DNA of 64,000 bases from Corallococcus coralloides (GTDB taxonomy: Bacteria > Myxococcota > Myxococcia > Myxococcales > Myxococcaceae), in assembly GCF_004104415.1 (NCBI RefSeq), contig NZ_CP034669.1. One strand, 5' to 3'. The translations under genes and the position numbers were made by a program. The number at the start of each line of letters is the position of its first letter. Position 1 is the first letter of the stretch. This document shows, piece after piece, positions 1 through 7,998 of the stretch. The notes under the pieces were generated by a model. It made no database searches. It had not been told where the DNA came from and saw only the letters and a list, made by a program, of their open reading frames with translations.

Positions 1-286
1 CAGGTAGCGCTGGGACAGGTCCCACAGCGTGTCGCCCGTCTCCACGGTGTGCACCTGACCGGGCGCGCTCTCACGGCCCTGCGGGGCGCCGGGGGGCAGC
101 GTGACGGAGGTGGGGCGCTGCTCCACGTCGTCGGAGATGTCCTGCCCTTCCGTCTCGGAGGCCGGCTGGGGTTCCTCCTCCTGGGCGTCCTGGGCGAAAG
201 CCGTCCATGCCGGCGCGACGGTGAGGGGCACGAGCAGGGAGGCGAGGATCCGGGAGCGCATCGGACGACGTCCTTTCACAAAAAGC

Positions 287-1162
287 TTACGGCGAGAGCG
301 CGGCGAGCCGCTGCTCCGCCTGCGTGGCGGCGGCCGTCCCCGGGAACTGGGTGACGACGCGGGTATAGAGGGCTCGGGCATCCACGGCCTGGTTCAGCCG
401 CACCCGGCACTCCGCGAGCCTGAGCATGCCGTCCTGGACGGCATCCCCAGCGGGGTAGTTCTTGATGAGCTTCTCGAACGTCTTGGCCGCGCCGGCCGCG
501 TCCTTGAGCCCCATCTGGCCCAGGCCGCTGAAGTACAGGGCGTTGTCGGCGCGGGGGTGGCGCGGGTTCTCCGCCGCGAAGCGCGTGAGCGTCTCCACGC
601 CGCCTTCCACGTTGCCGGTGCGCAGCATGGCCACCGCGCGCTCGTATTCGGCGTCGAGGATGTCCGGGTCCTTCTCCGGCGGCTCCATGCGAGCGGCCGT
701 CGAGGCGCTGCTGGAGCCCACCGACCCGGTCCCGGACGAGCCCTCCACCGGGGAGATGAACATCTCCATCTGGTCCGCGTCCGGCTCCACCACCGCCACC
801 GCCGTGTTGATGCGCGGCGCGGGTTCCTTCTTCGGCTTGAGCCGGACCACCGTCAGCTCCGCCGGCGCCAGCCCCAGCGCCTCGCCCGCTTCCGGCGAGG
901 CGGCCTCCGGCTTCGCGCTCCCTGTGGCCTTCGGGGACGATGCGGCGGGGGCCGGGGCGGCGGCGCGGGCGCGCGAGACGGCGTCGCGGTTCTCCAGCCG
1001 CTCCAGGCGCTCCAGCAGCGACGCCTGGGACGCGCGCAGCGTGCGCACCTCCGCCTCCAGCCGGCCCACTTCCGTCTGCGAAGCAGCGGTGGTGGCGCAG
1101 GCGGTCGGCGCGGACAGCGCGACGGCGGCAAACAGGCGGAAGAGGAAGGGACGCACCGGCAC
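287..1162 (-). CDS. Periplasmic YbgF/CpoB-like protein: signal peptide, coiled-coil, Pro/Ala linker, C-terminal TPR domain
   Basis: ORF 287..1162(-) begins MPVRPFLFRLFAAVALSAPTACA (signal peptide); coiled-coil LEAEVRTLRASQASLLERLERLENRD; C-terminal TPR-like helices (AEYERAVAMLRTGN...YPAGDAVQDGMLRLAEC). This matches the Tol-Pal YbgF architecture. Confidence 0.6.
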   Translation of the reverse strand: MPVRPFLFRLFAAVALSAPTACATTAASQTEVGRLEAEVRTLRASQASLLERLERLENRDAVSRARAAAPAPAASSPKATGSAKPEAASPEAGEALGLAPAELTVVRLKPKKEPAPRINTAVAVVEPDADQMEMFISPVEGSSGTGSVGSSSASTAARMEPPEKDPDILDAEYERAVAMLRTGNVEGGVETLTRFAAENPRHPRADNALYFSGLGQMGLKDAAGAAKTFEKLIKNYPAGDAVQDGMLRLAECRVRLNQAVDARALYTRVVTQFPGTAAATQAEQRLAALSP

Positions 1163-1244
1163 GAGCCTGGACGGAGGGAATTCCAGGTCGAGGATAGGAA
1201 GGCCGGTCGGAGACCGTCAAGAAAACGACCCCGGCGGGCCTCCG

Positions 1245-2003
1245 CTAGAAGCGGTGCAGCACGTAGTTGAGGTGCCGCCCGGTGCGCCCCGCGTCCCGGC
1301 GGTGGGAGAAGAACCGGTCCGGCTCACACGCCGTACAGGCCTGTAGCACGTCCACCTGCTCCGGCTTCAGGCCCGCCTTCAGCAGGGACGCCTTCACTGC
1401 GCGTGGCAGGTCCAGGTGCGGCTTGGCCCCCGCGCGGACGACGCCCGGGCCGAAGCGCGCGCGGAAGCGGTCTCCCAGCTCCGGGGACACCTCGTAGCAG
1501 CACGCCTGGATGCAGGGGCCCACCGCCGCCAGCAGGTCCTCCGGCCGGCTGCCCCGCGCCACCAGCGCCTCCACCGTGCGGGCGCTGATCTCCAGGTCCG
1601 TGCCCTTCCACCCGGAGTGCACCGCCGCCACGCGCCGGGCGCGCGGATCCACCAGAAGCACCGGCACGCAGTCCGCGGTGCCCACCGCCACCCAGCTGCC
1701 CTCCCCTTCCGTCCACAGCGCGTCCGCTTCGCCCAGCGTCGGGCGCAGCACGTCGTCGGCTTCGCCGCGCGCCTCCAGCACCCTGTCGCCGTGCACCTGC
1801 GACACCCGGCAGAGCGCGCCCAGCCGCGCGCCCGCGGCCCGGGCCAGAAGCCGGTGGTTCTCCTCCACCCGGGGGCGCTCGTCGTTCACGGAGAAGCCCA
1901 GGTTCAGCGACGCGTAGGGCCCTTCGGACACCCCACCCGCGCGCGTGGCGAAGCCATGGGGCACCGGCAGCAGCGCGGACGTGAGGAACTCGGGCAGGGT
2001 CAT
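1245..2003 (-). CDS. pgeF: YfiH/PgeF family (DUF152) purine nucleoside phosphorylase/laccase-domain protein
   Basis: ORF 1245..2099(-); the internal Met at MTLPEFLTS gives a start at 2003. Family motifs AAVHSGWKGT and CTACEPDRFFSHRRD are present. Confidence 0.7.
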   Translation of the reverse strand: MTLPEFLTSALLPVPHGFATRAGGVSEGPYASLNLGFSVNDERPRVEENHRLLARAAGARLGALCRVSQVHGDRVLEARGEADDVLRPTLGEADALWTEGEGSWVAVGTADCVPVLLVDPRARRVAAVHSGWKGTDLEISARTVEALVARGSRPEDLLAAVGPCIQACCYEVSPELGDRFRARFGPGVVRAGAKPHLDLPRAVKASLLKAGLKPEQVDVLQACTACEPDRFFSHRRDAGRTGRHLNYVLHRF

Positions 2004-2219
2004 GGGCGGATTTCCTATCACCGGGCCCGGTTTTCGGGAGTGCGCCCACCGTGTCACGGGTACAGCCCGTGAAAACAGGAAACCGCTGGGGATCCACACC
2101 CCCGTTTCAATATTTCGACACCAGTACGTTTGACAGGGCGTGTCATGCCCCTGACAATTTTCAACACTCCGTCACTCGCGGACAGAACGCGAGTGCACGA
2201 AGCACACTGCGCCCCGCAC

Positions 2220-4145
2220 ATGGCCCTCGGTTCCGAGACGATTGGCAGGAAGCTCTTGTGGAGCATCGCGCTGCCCGGGTTGGTGGTGGCGCTCCTGGGC
2301 GTGGGGCACTTCTCACGCGAGGCCCGCCAGGCGGTGCGCGAAGGCACGCACCTGGAGGCGCTCGCGCTGGCGGAGGCCGTCGCGTCCACCTTCACGCAGC
2401 CGCAGGCGCCGGGCGCGGCTCCCCATGGCGCGGTGGCGGAGGTGCTGTCGTCGGACACGCGGCTGTTCCGCTCCGTGGAGGACCTGCGCGTCCTGACGCC
2501 GGAGGGGCGCATCCGCTGGAGCCGGCGGCCGGCCGAGCAGGGGCACACGCACCCGGAGGCCGCGCGGCTGTCCGCGACGGGGCCGGAGACGGCGCGCTCC
2601 AGCGACCACGGCACGGAGGTGGTGCGGCCCCTGGGCGGCCCGGAGTGCTCCGGCTGTCACACCGGCGAGGCCGCGCAGCGCATGGGCGTCCTGCAGGTGC
2701 GCATGGGCGAGCCCGCGCTGACGCGCCAGCTCCAGACGGTGTTCCAGGACGCGCTGGGCGCCATGGTGCTCTTCGTGGGCATCCTGGGGCTCGTCACCTG
2801 GCTGTCCCTGCGCTTCGTGCTCACCGCGCCGCTCAAGCGGCTGAGCGAGGCCATGGGCCGCGCGGCGGACGGCGACCTGCTGGTGCGCGCGGAGGCCCGG
2901 GGCACGGACGAGATTTCGCGGCTGGGCGCGGCCTTCAACCAGATGCTCGCGCGGCTCACCTCCATGAAGGTGGAGGAGATCGACACGCACCGCGACCTTC
3001 AGCTGGTGAAGGAGAAGCTGGCGCTGAAGGACGAGCTGGAGGAGCGCCTGACGGAGCTGTCGCTGCTGTTCGACGTGGCCCGCTCGCTCAACACCACGCT
3101 GGAGCTGGACGAGCTCCTGTCGCGCATCACCCGCATGGTGGTGGAGCGGCTGCACATCCCGGACTTCTCCATCATGCTCCTCAACGAGGAGGGCCTGCTG
3201 GAGGTGAAGCACGCGTGGCCGCGGGGCCGGGGCCTGGAGGGCCACACCTTCGCCATGGGCGAGGGCGCGTGCGGCCGGGCCGCCCAGGCGCGCAAGGCGG
3301 TGTACCTGCCGGACCTGACGGACAGCACCAGCGTCTTCGCGCGGCGCGGGCTGCGCGGCGGCTCGGAGCAGGGGTCGCTGCTGGCGGTGCCCATGGTGCA
3401 CGCGGACACGCTCCTGGGCGTCATCAACTTCCAGCGCCCGGAGACGGCGAGCATCTCCGCGGAAGAAATCGAGCTCTTCACCGCGGTGGCGGATCAGGCC
3501 GCGACGGCGGTGACGAACGCGCGCCTGCACGCGGAGACGGTGAAGCTCACGCTGACGGACGCGCTCACGGGCGTGCCCAACCGCCGCCACCTCTTCCAGC
3601 GGCTGGACCTGGAGCTGGCGCGGGCCCAGCGCTTCGGCGTGCCCATGGCGCTGCTGATGGTGGACGTGGACCACTTCAAGCGGCTCAACGACCTGGCCGG
3701 CCACCGCGCCGGGGACGAGACGCTGCGCCGGGTCTCCGACGTGCTCCGGACGCGCGCGCGCAAGGTGGACACGCTGGGGCGCTACGGCGGCGAGGAGTTC
3801 GTGCTGCTGCTGCCGCAGGTGTCCAAGGCCACGGCGGTGGAGGTGGCGGAGACGCTGCGCCGCGCGGTGGCGGACTCCGTCACGCTCAGCCGTCCGGGGC
3901 TGCCCGGGGGCCACGTCACGGTGTCCATCGGCGTCTCGCACTTCCCCACGGACGCGACGGCGCAGGACACGCTGGTGGACTGCGCGGACTCGGCGCTCTA
4001 TTGCAGCAAGCGGACGGGCCGCAACCGCGTGACGGCGTTCGAGCCCGGCATGGAGGTGCACCCCGGCCGCGAGCGCAGCATCAGCGCGCCGCCCGCGGAC
4101 GCGCCCTCCACCCCGCCCGCGCCCTCCGGCATCGCGAAGGCCTGA
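2220..4145 (+). CDS. Membrane sensor diguanylate cyclase (2 TM, small periplasmic domain with CXXCH, HAMP, coiled-coil, GAF, GGDEF)
   Basis: ORF 2130..4145(+); the likely start is the Met of MALGSETIGRKLLWSIALPGLVVALLGV (TM1). Periplasmic segment carries ECSGCH; TM2 is AMVLFVGILGLVTWLSL; HAMP follows; GGDEF core is RYGGEEFVLLLP with the RHLFQRLDLE I-site region. Confidence 0.8.
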   Translation: MALGSETIGRKLLWSIALPGLVVALLGVGHFSREARQAVREGTHLEALALAEAVASTFTQPQAPGAAPHGAVAEVLSSDTRLFRSVEDLRVLTPEGRIRWSRRPAEQGHTHPEAARLSATGPETARSSDHGTEVVRPLGGPECSGCHTGEAAQRMGVLQVRMGEPALTRQLQTVFQDALGAMVLFVGILGLVTWLSLRFVLTAPLKRLSEAMGRAADGDLLVRAEARGTDEISRLGAAFNQMLARLTSMKVEEIDTHRDLQLVKEKLALKDELEERLTELSLLFDVARSLNTTLELDELLSRITRMVVERLHIPDFSIMLLNEEGLLEVKHAWPRGRGLEGHTFAMGEGACGRAAQARKAVYLPDLTDSTSVFARRGLRGGSEQGSLLAVPMVHADTLLGVINFQRPETASISAEEIELFTAVADQAATAVTNARLHAETVKLTLTDALTGVPNRRHLFQRLDLELARAQRFGVPMALLMVDVDHFKRLNDLAGHRAGDETLRRVSDVLRTRARKVDTLGRYGGEEFVLLLPQVSKATAVEVAETLRRAVADSVTLSRPGLPGGHVTVSIGVSHFPTDATAQDTLVDCADSALYCSKRTGRNRVTAFEPGMEVHPGRERSISAPPADAPSTPPAPSGIAKA

Positions 4146-4183
4146 GCACGGGGCGCCCTGCCCCGCGCCTCCAAGGCCGGGGC

Positions 4184-4777
4184 CTACCGCCGCACGAGCG
4201 TGCGGACCACGGGGAGCATCAGGTCCGCCCACTCCTCGTAGCCCTCCGCGGACGGGTGGAAGCCATCCGAGCAGAAGAAGTCCGGGCGCCGGGGGATCAT
4301 CTCCTGGCTGGCGGTGTAGAGGTCCACCAGGTGGAGCCCGTGTGAGCGGGCCACGGAGGCGATGGCGTCGTTGAACGGCTCGATGCGCCCTTCGTACAGC
4401 GCGCTGGGCACCAGCTTCGCCACCGGCGCGAGCGCCAGGTCCGCCAGGTTCACCACCACCATGGACGCGCCCGTCTGCTTCAGCCGCCGGGCGATGCGGT
4501 CCAGGTCGTCCTGGAACTCCGCCACCTCGGTGCCGCGCCAGAGGTCGTTGGTGCCCACGCCCAGGGTGATGAGCGTGGGCTGCAACGCGATGACGCGCTT
4601 GAGGGCGGTGTTGACGATGTCGCGCACGCGCGCACCGCTCTGCCCCAGGTTGGTATGGCCCACGGGGAGGCCGTCCTTCCGGAGGCGGGAGGCGAGCCGG
4701 TCGGGATAGCCCCCGCCCTGCGACGCCCCCACCCCCACCGCAGTGCTGTCACCCAACGAGACGTAGTTGACGCTCAT
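4184..4777 (-). CDS. SGNH/GDSL family hydrolase
   Basis: N-terminal block VSLGDSTAVG (GDS motif), a GVGTND block and the catalytic DGFHPS (DxxH) motif. Its start lies 3 nt after the DegP stop, so the two are co-transcribed. Confidence 0.75.
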   Translation of the reverse strand: MSVNYVSLGDSTAVGVGASQGGGYPDRLASRLRKDGLPVGHTNLGQSGARVRDIVNTALKRVIALQPTLITLGVGTNDLWRGTEVAEFQDDLDRIARRLKQTGASMVVVNLADLALAPVAKLVPSALYEGRIEPFNDAIASVARSHGLHLVDLYTASQEMIPRRPDFFCSDGFHPSAEGYEEWADLMLPVVRTLVRR

Positions 4778-4780
4778 CGC

Positions 4781-6292
4781 TCAGGGCACGGTCAGCGCGC
4801 GCAGCAGGCGTCCGCCGCCGGGGCCGGCCACGCGCAACAGCAGCGTGCTGCCCTTGGGCGCGGCGCGGATGGCCGCCGCCAGCTCCTTCGCGCTCGCGAT
4901 GGGCTTCTTGTTCGCCTCCACCACCAGCATGCCCGGCGTCAGCTGCGCTCGGTCCGCGGGCGAGCCCGGGACGATGTCCGTGATGAGCGCGCCGGCGCGC
5001 TCGGTGAAGCCCGCCTGGGACGCCGTGCGGGCATCCAGGTCCTGCAGGGACACGCCCACGCGGCGCGAGCTGTCCTGCTCGTCGGTGGCCCCCGGCTTCT
5101 TCTTGGACAGGCCCTCCAGGTCCGGCCGGGTGCCCATGGTCACCTTGACGTCCTGCTTCTTGCCGTCGCGGTAGAGGGTCAGCGTGGCGACGGACTTGGG
5201 CTTCTTGAGCGCCACGGTGCGGGTCAGCTCGCTGTCCGAGCGCACCGGCTTGCCGTCCACGGCCACCACCACGTCGTCCGGCTTGAGCCCGGCCTTCGCC
5301 GCCGGGGAGTCGGGGGTGATCTGCGTGAGGATGGCGCCCTCGCTCACCGACAGCTTCAGCGCCTGGCCCAGCTCGCGCGTGAGGGGCTGGATGCCCACGC
5401 CCAGCCAGCCGCGCGTGACGGCGCCCTCCTTCTGCAGCTGCGGCAGCAGCGCCTGGATGAGGTTGCTGGGCACGGAGAAGCCAATGCCCGTGCCGCCGCC
5501 GACGATGGCGGTGTTGATGCCCACCACCTCGCCCTTCATGTTGAAGAGCGGGCCGCCGGAGTTGCCGGGGTTGATGGCCGCGTCCGTCTGCAGGAAGTCG
5601 TCGTACACGCTGGCGCCGATTTCCCGGGCGCGCGCGGACAGGATGCCCACGCTCACGCTGGAGGCCAGGCCGAACGGGTTGCCGATGGCCAGCACCCAGT
5701 CCCCCACGCGCACGGCGTCCGAGTCCCCCAGCTTCACGGAGGGGAGCTGATCCACCTTCTCCTTGATCTTCACCACAGCCACGTCGGTGAGCGGGTCGCG
5801 CCCCACCACCTCGCCGGTGAACGAACGGCCGTCGTCCAGGCGGATGGTGATGGTGACCGCGTCCTCGATGACGTGGTTGTTGGTGAGCACCAGGCCCTTG
5901 GGGTCGATGATGAAGCCGGACCCGGCGCCCTGGCGGATCTGCTCGCGCTCGCTGCGGCCGCCGCGGCCCCGCCCGTTGCCTCCGAAGAACCGGTCGAAGA
6001 GCGGGTTGTCCTCCATGCCCTCCGGCATTTCGGGACGGGCCTGCACGTCCACGTTCACCACGGCGGACTTCACCGACTCCACCAGGGGCGCCAGCGAGGC
6101 CAGCGACTGGGCCTCACGTGTGGCGGGCTGGAGGTTGCCGGCCTGACCGGAGGCCGCCTGCTGCGTCTTGGGCGCGACCGGCTGGAGAGCGGGAGCCTGC
6201 GCGAGGGCGAGCGTGGGCGACGCCAACACCAGCACGGCGGCCACGAGCTTGCGACGGAACGGAGGGAGCGTGTGGGTCATGGATTTCCTCAA
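4781..6292 (-). CDS. DegP/HtrA (Do-family) periplasmic serine protease with two PDZ domains
   Basis: Signal peptide LVAAVLVLASPTLALA; trypsin-like motifs TNNHV, DVAVVK and GNSGGPL; two C-terminal PDZ-like regions. Confidence 0.85.
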   Translation of the reverse strand: MRKSMTHTLPPFRRKLVAAVLVLASPTLALAQAPALQPVAPKTQQAASGQAGNLQPATREAQSLASLAPLVESVKSAVVNVDVQARPEMPEGMEDNPLFDRFFGGNGRGRGGRSEREQIRQGAGSGFIIDPKGLVLTNNHVIEDAVTITIRLDDGRSFTGEVVGRDPLTDVAVVKIKEKVDQLPSVKLGDSDAVRVGDWVLAIGNPFGLASSVSVGILSARAREIGASVYDDFLQTDAAINPGNSGGPLFNMKGEVVGINTAIVGGGTGIGFSVPSNLIQALLPQLQKEGAVTRGWLGVGIQPLTRELGQALKLSVSEGAILTQITPDSPAAKAGLKPDDVVVAVDGKPVRSDSELTRTVALKKPKSVATLTLYRDGKKQDVKVTMGTRPDLEGLSKKKPGATDEQDSSRRVGVSLQDLDARTASQAGFTERAGALITDIVPGSPADRAQLTPGMLVVEANKKPIASAKELAAAIRAAPKGSTLLLRVAGPGGGRLLRALTVP

Positions 6293-6382
6293 CCTAAAGC
6301 GGAAACGAAGCCCCGCAACCGGAACGACAGTGTCCGGTGACGGGAGGTGAACCCCCGGCCCGGCCGCCTGTTCCCGGACCGC

Positions 6383-7972
6383 TCAACCGGGCCGGTAGAC
6401 GCGGTAGTCCAGCTCGGGGAACAGGTTGTCGCGGCCTTCGACGTGGGACAGCCACGGCTCGTCAACGGTTCCGGCGCGCACCTGGTCGTGCAGGCGCAGG
6501 AAGCGCTGCAGGTGCTCCTGCGTGCGGCGCACGGCGTAGTCCACCATGGTGCCGGTCTTCATGATGAAGGCCCAGTCGGAGGACTGCGCCAGCAGCAGCT
6601 CGCGCGCGGCCTGGTTCAGCGCCCGGCGCTTGAGGGACGGCGCGTCCGGGAAGTCCCGGGCCAGCTCCACCATCTGCCGCGCGGCGTGGTTCAGGTGCCG
6701 GTAGATCCAGTCGTTCGTCCCATCCAGCCACATGTTCGCGTAGCCGCCCGCGCCCCAGGAGGACATGGCCGGCGTGGCCACCTGGTTCTCCGGGTGCTCG
6801 CGCAGGTCGTCCAGCGGGCTGATGAGCGTGAAGCGGCTGGGGTTGCGCGCGGCCTGGCGGATGAGGGCGTCGATGAAGTGGGGGCCCTCGAACCACCAGT
6901 GGCCGAAGAGCTCCGCGTCATAGGGCGCGACGACCACGGGCTTGCGGCCGCCCATGCGCGACGCGAGGTATTCGAACTGGCGCTCGCGGTTGAAGAGGAA
7001 GTTGCCCGCGTGGACCCAGGCGCGCTCGCGGGCGGCGGCCGGGTCGTAGGGCTGCTTGTCGTTCGTCTTGCCGGTGATGCGGAAGTACTTGAAGCCGGTG
7101 TTCTTGCGCTCGCCGGTGGGCTGGATGAAGGGCCGGACGTAGTCCAGGTCCAGGTCCCAGCCGATGTCCCGGTAGAACTCGCGGTAGACGGGGTCGCCGG
7201 GGTAGCCGTGCTCGGTGCTCCAGACCTGCTGGCTGCTCTCCGGGTCGCGCGCGAAGGCCGCGACGCCCGGCTCGGTGAAGATGGGCGCGTAGGGGCCGTG
7301 CAGCGGGCGGGGCGTGGCGTCCGTGAGCGCGTGCGTGTCCGCGAAGAAGTAGCGGATGCGCTCGGCGGAGAGGATGCGCTCCAGGCCCGGGTAGTAGCCG
7401 CACTCGGCCAGCCAGATGCCGGCGGGGTCGCGGCCGAAGTTCTGGCGGTAGTGGTTCGCCGCCACCGTCACCTGCGCGCGCACGGCCTCCGGCGTCTGCT
7501 GCATGAGCGGCAGGAAGCCGTGGGTCGCGTTGCAGGTGAGGATGTCCAGGTGGCCGGAGTCCTGGAGCCTGCGGAACGCCGCCACCAGGTCGCGCCGGTA
7601 GTGGTTGTGGTACGCGAGCCGCAGCGATTCGAAGTGGTCGCGGTGGAAGACGGCCAGCGGGTGGAAGGTGGCGTCATCCCGGGTGCGGTGCACCTCGCGG
7701 GCGCCCAGCTCGCAGAGCGAGTCCAGCCGCCGGGCGTAGCGCTCCCGCAGCAGGTCGTCGTTGAGCATGGACACGAGCGTGGGCGAGAGCGTCATCGTCA
7801 CCCGGAAGGGGACGCGGTCCTCGACCAGCCTGTCGAACACGCGCAAGAGCGGCAGGTACGTCTCGGAGATGGCCTCGTAGAGCCAGTCCTCTTCGAGGAA
7901 GTCTTCGTACTCGGGGTGGCGGACGAACGGCAGGTGCGCGTGAAGGACCAGCGCGAGGGAGCCCAGGCTCAT
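6383..7972 (-). CDS. Glycoside hydrolase family 57 alpha-1,4-glucan branching enzyme
   Basis: ORF 6383..8338(-); the true start is the internal MSLGSLALVLHAHLPFVRHPEYEDF at 7972, the canonical GH57 N-terminus. The ORF's upstream extension overlaps the neighbouring gene. Conserved GH57 blocks run throughout (WLAECGY, DAELFGHWWFEG). Confidence 0.8.
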   Translation of the reverse strand: MSLGSLALVLHAHLPFVRHPEYEDFLEEDWLYEAISETYLPLLRVFDRLVEDRVPFRVTMTLSPTLVSMLNDDLLRERYARRLDSLCELGAREVHRTRDDATFHPLAVFHRDHFESLRLAYHNHYRRDLVAAFRRLQDSGHLDILTCNATHGFLPLMQQTPEAVRAQVTVAANHYRQNFGRDPAGIWLAECGYYPGLERILSAERIRYFFADTHALTDATPRPLHGPYAPIFTEPGVAAFARDPESSQQVWSTEHGYPGDPVYREFYRDIGWDLDLDYVRPFIQPTGERKNTGFKYFRITGKTNDKQPYDPAAARERAWVHAGNFLFNRERQFEYLASRMGGRKPVVVAPYDAELFGHWWFEGPHFIDALIRQAARNPSRFTLISPLDDLREHPENQVATPAMSSWGAGGYANMWLDGTNDWIYRHLNHAARQMVELARDFPDAPSLKRRALNQAARELLLAQSSDWAFIMKTGTMVDYAVRRTQEHLQRFLRLHDQVRAGTVDEPWLSHVEGRDNLFPELDYRVYRPG

Positions 7973-7998
7973 AGGTCGGTCGGAGAGGCCGTGCGGGT

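Noticed and set aside
101-1270. 389-aa plus-strand ORF, and other long ORFs at 276..1220 and 462..1346, overlapping the YbgF-like gene
   Set aside because: They are Arg/Gly/Ala-rich reverse- or alternate-frame translations typical of 70% GC DNA. They have no domain signal, and the minus-strand frame has a signal peptide, coiled-coil and TPR organisation.
2313-4232. 639-aa minus-strand ORF antisense to the diguanylate cyclase gene
   Set aside because: It is the antisense frame of a gene with clear HAMP/GAF/GGDEF motifs, and its composition is Arg/Gly/Ala-dominated with no motifs.
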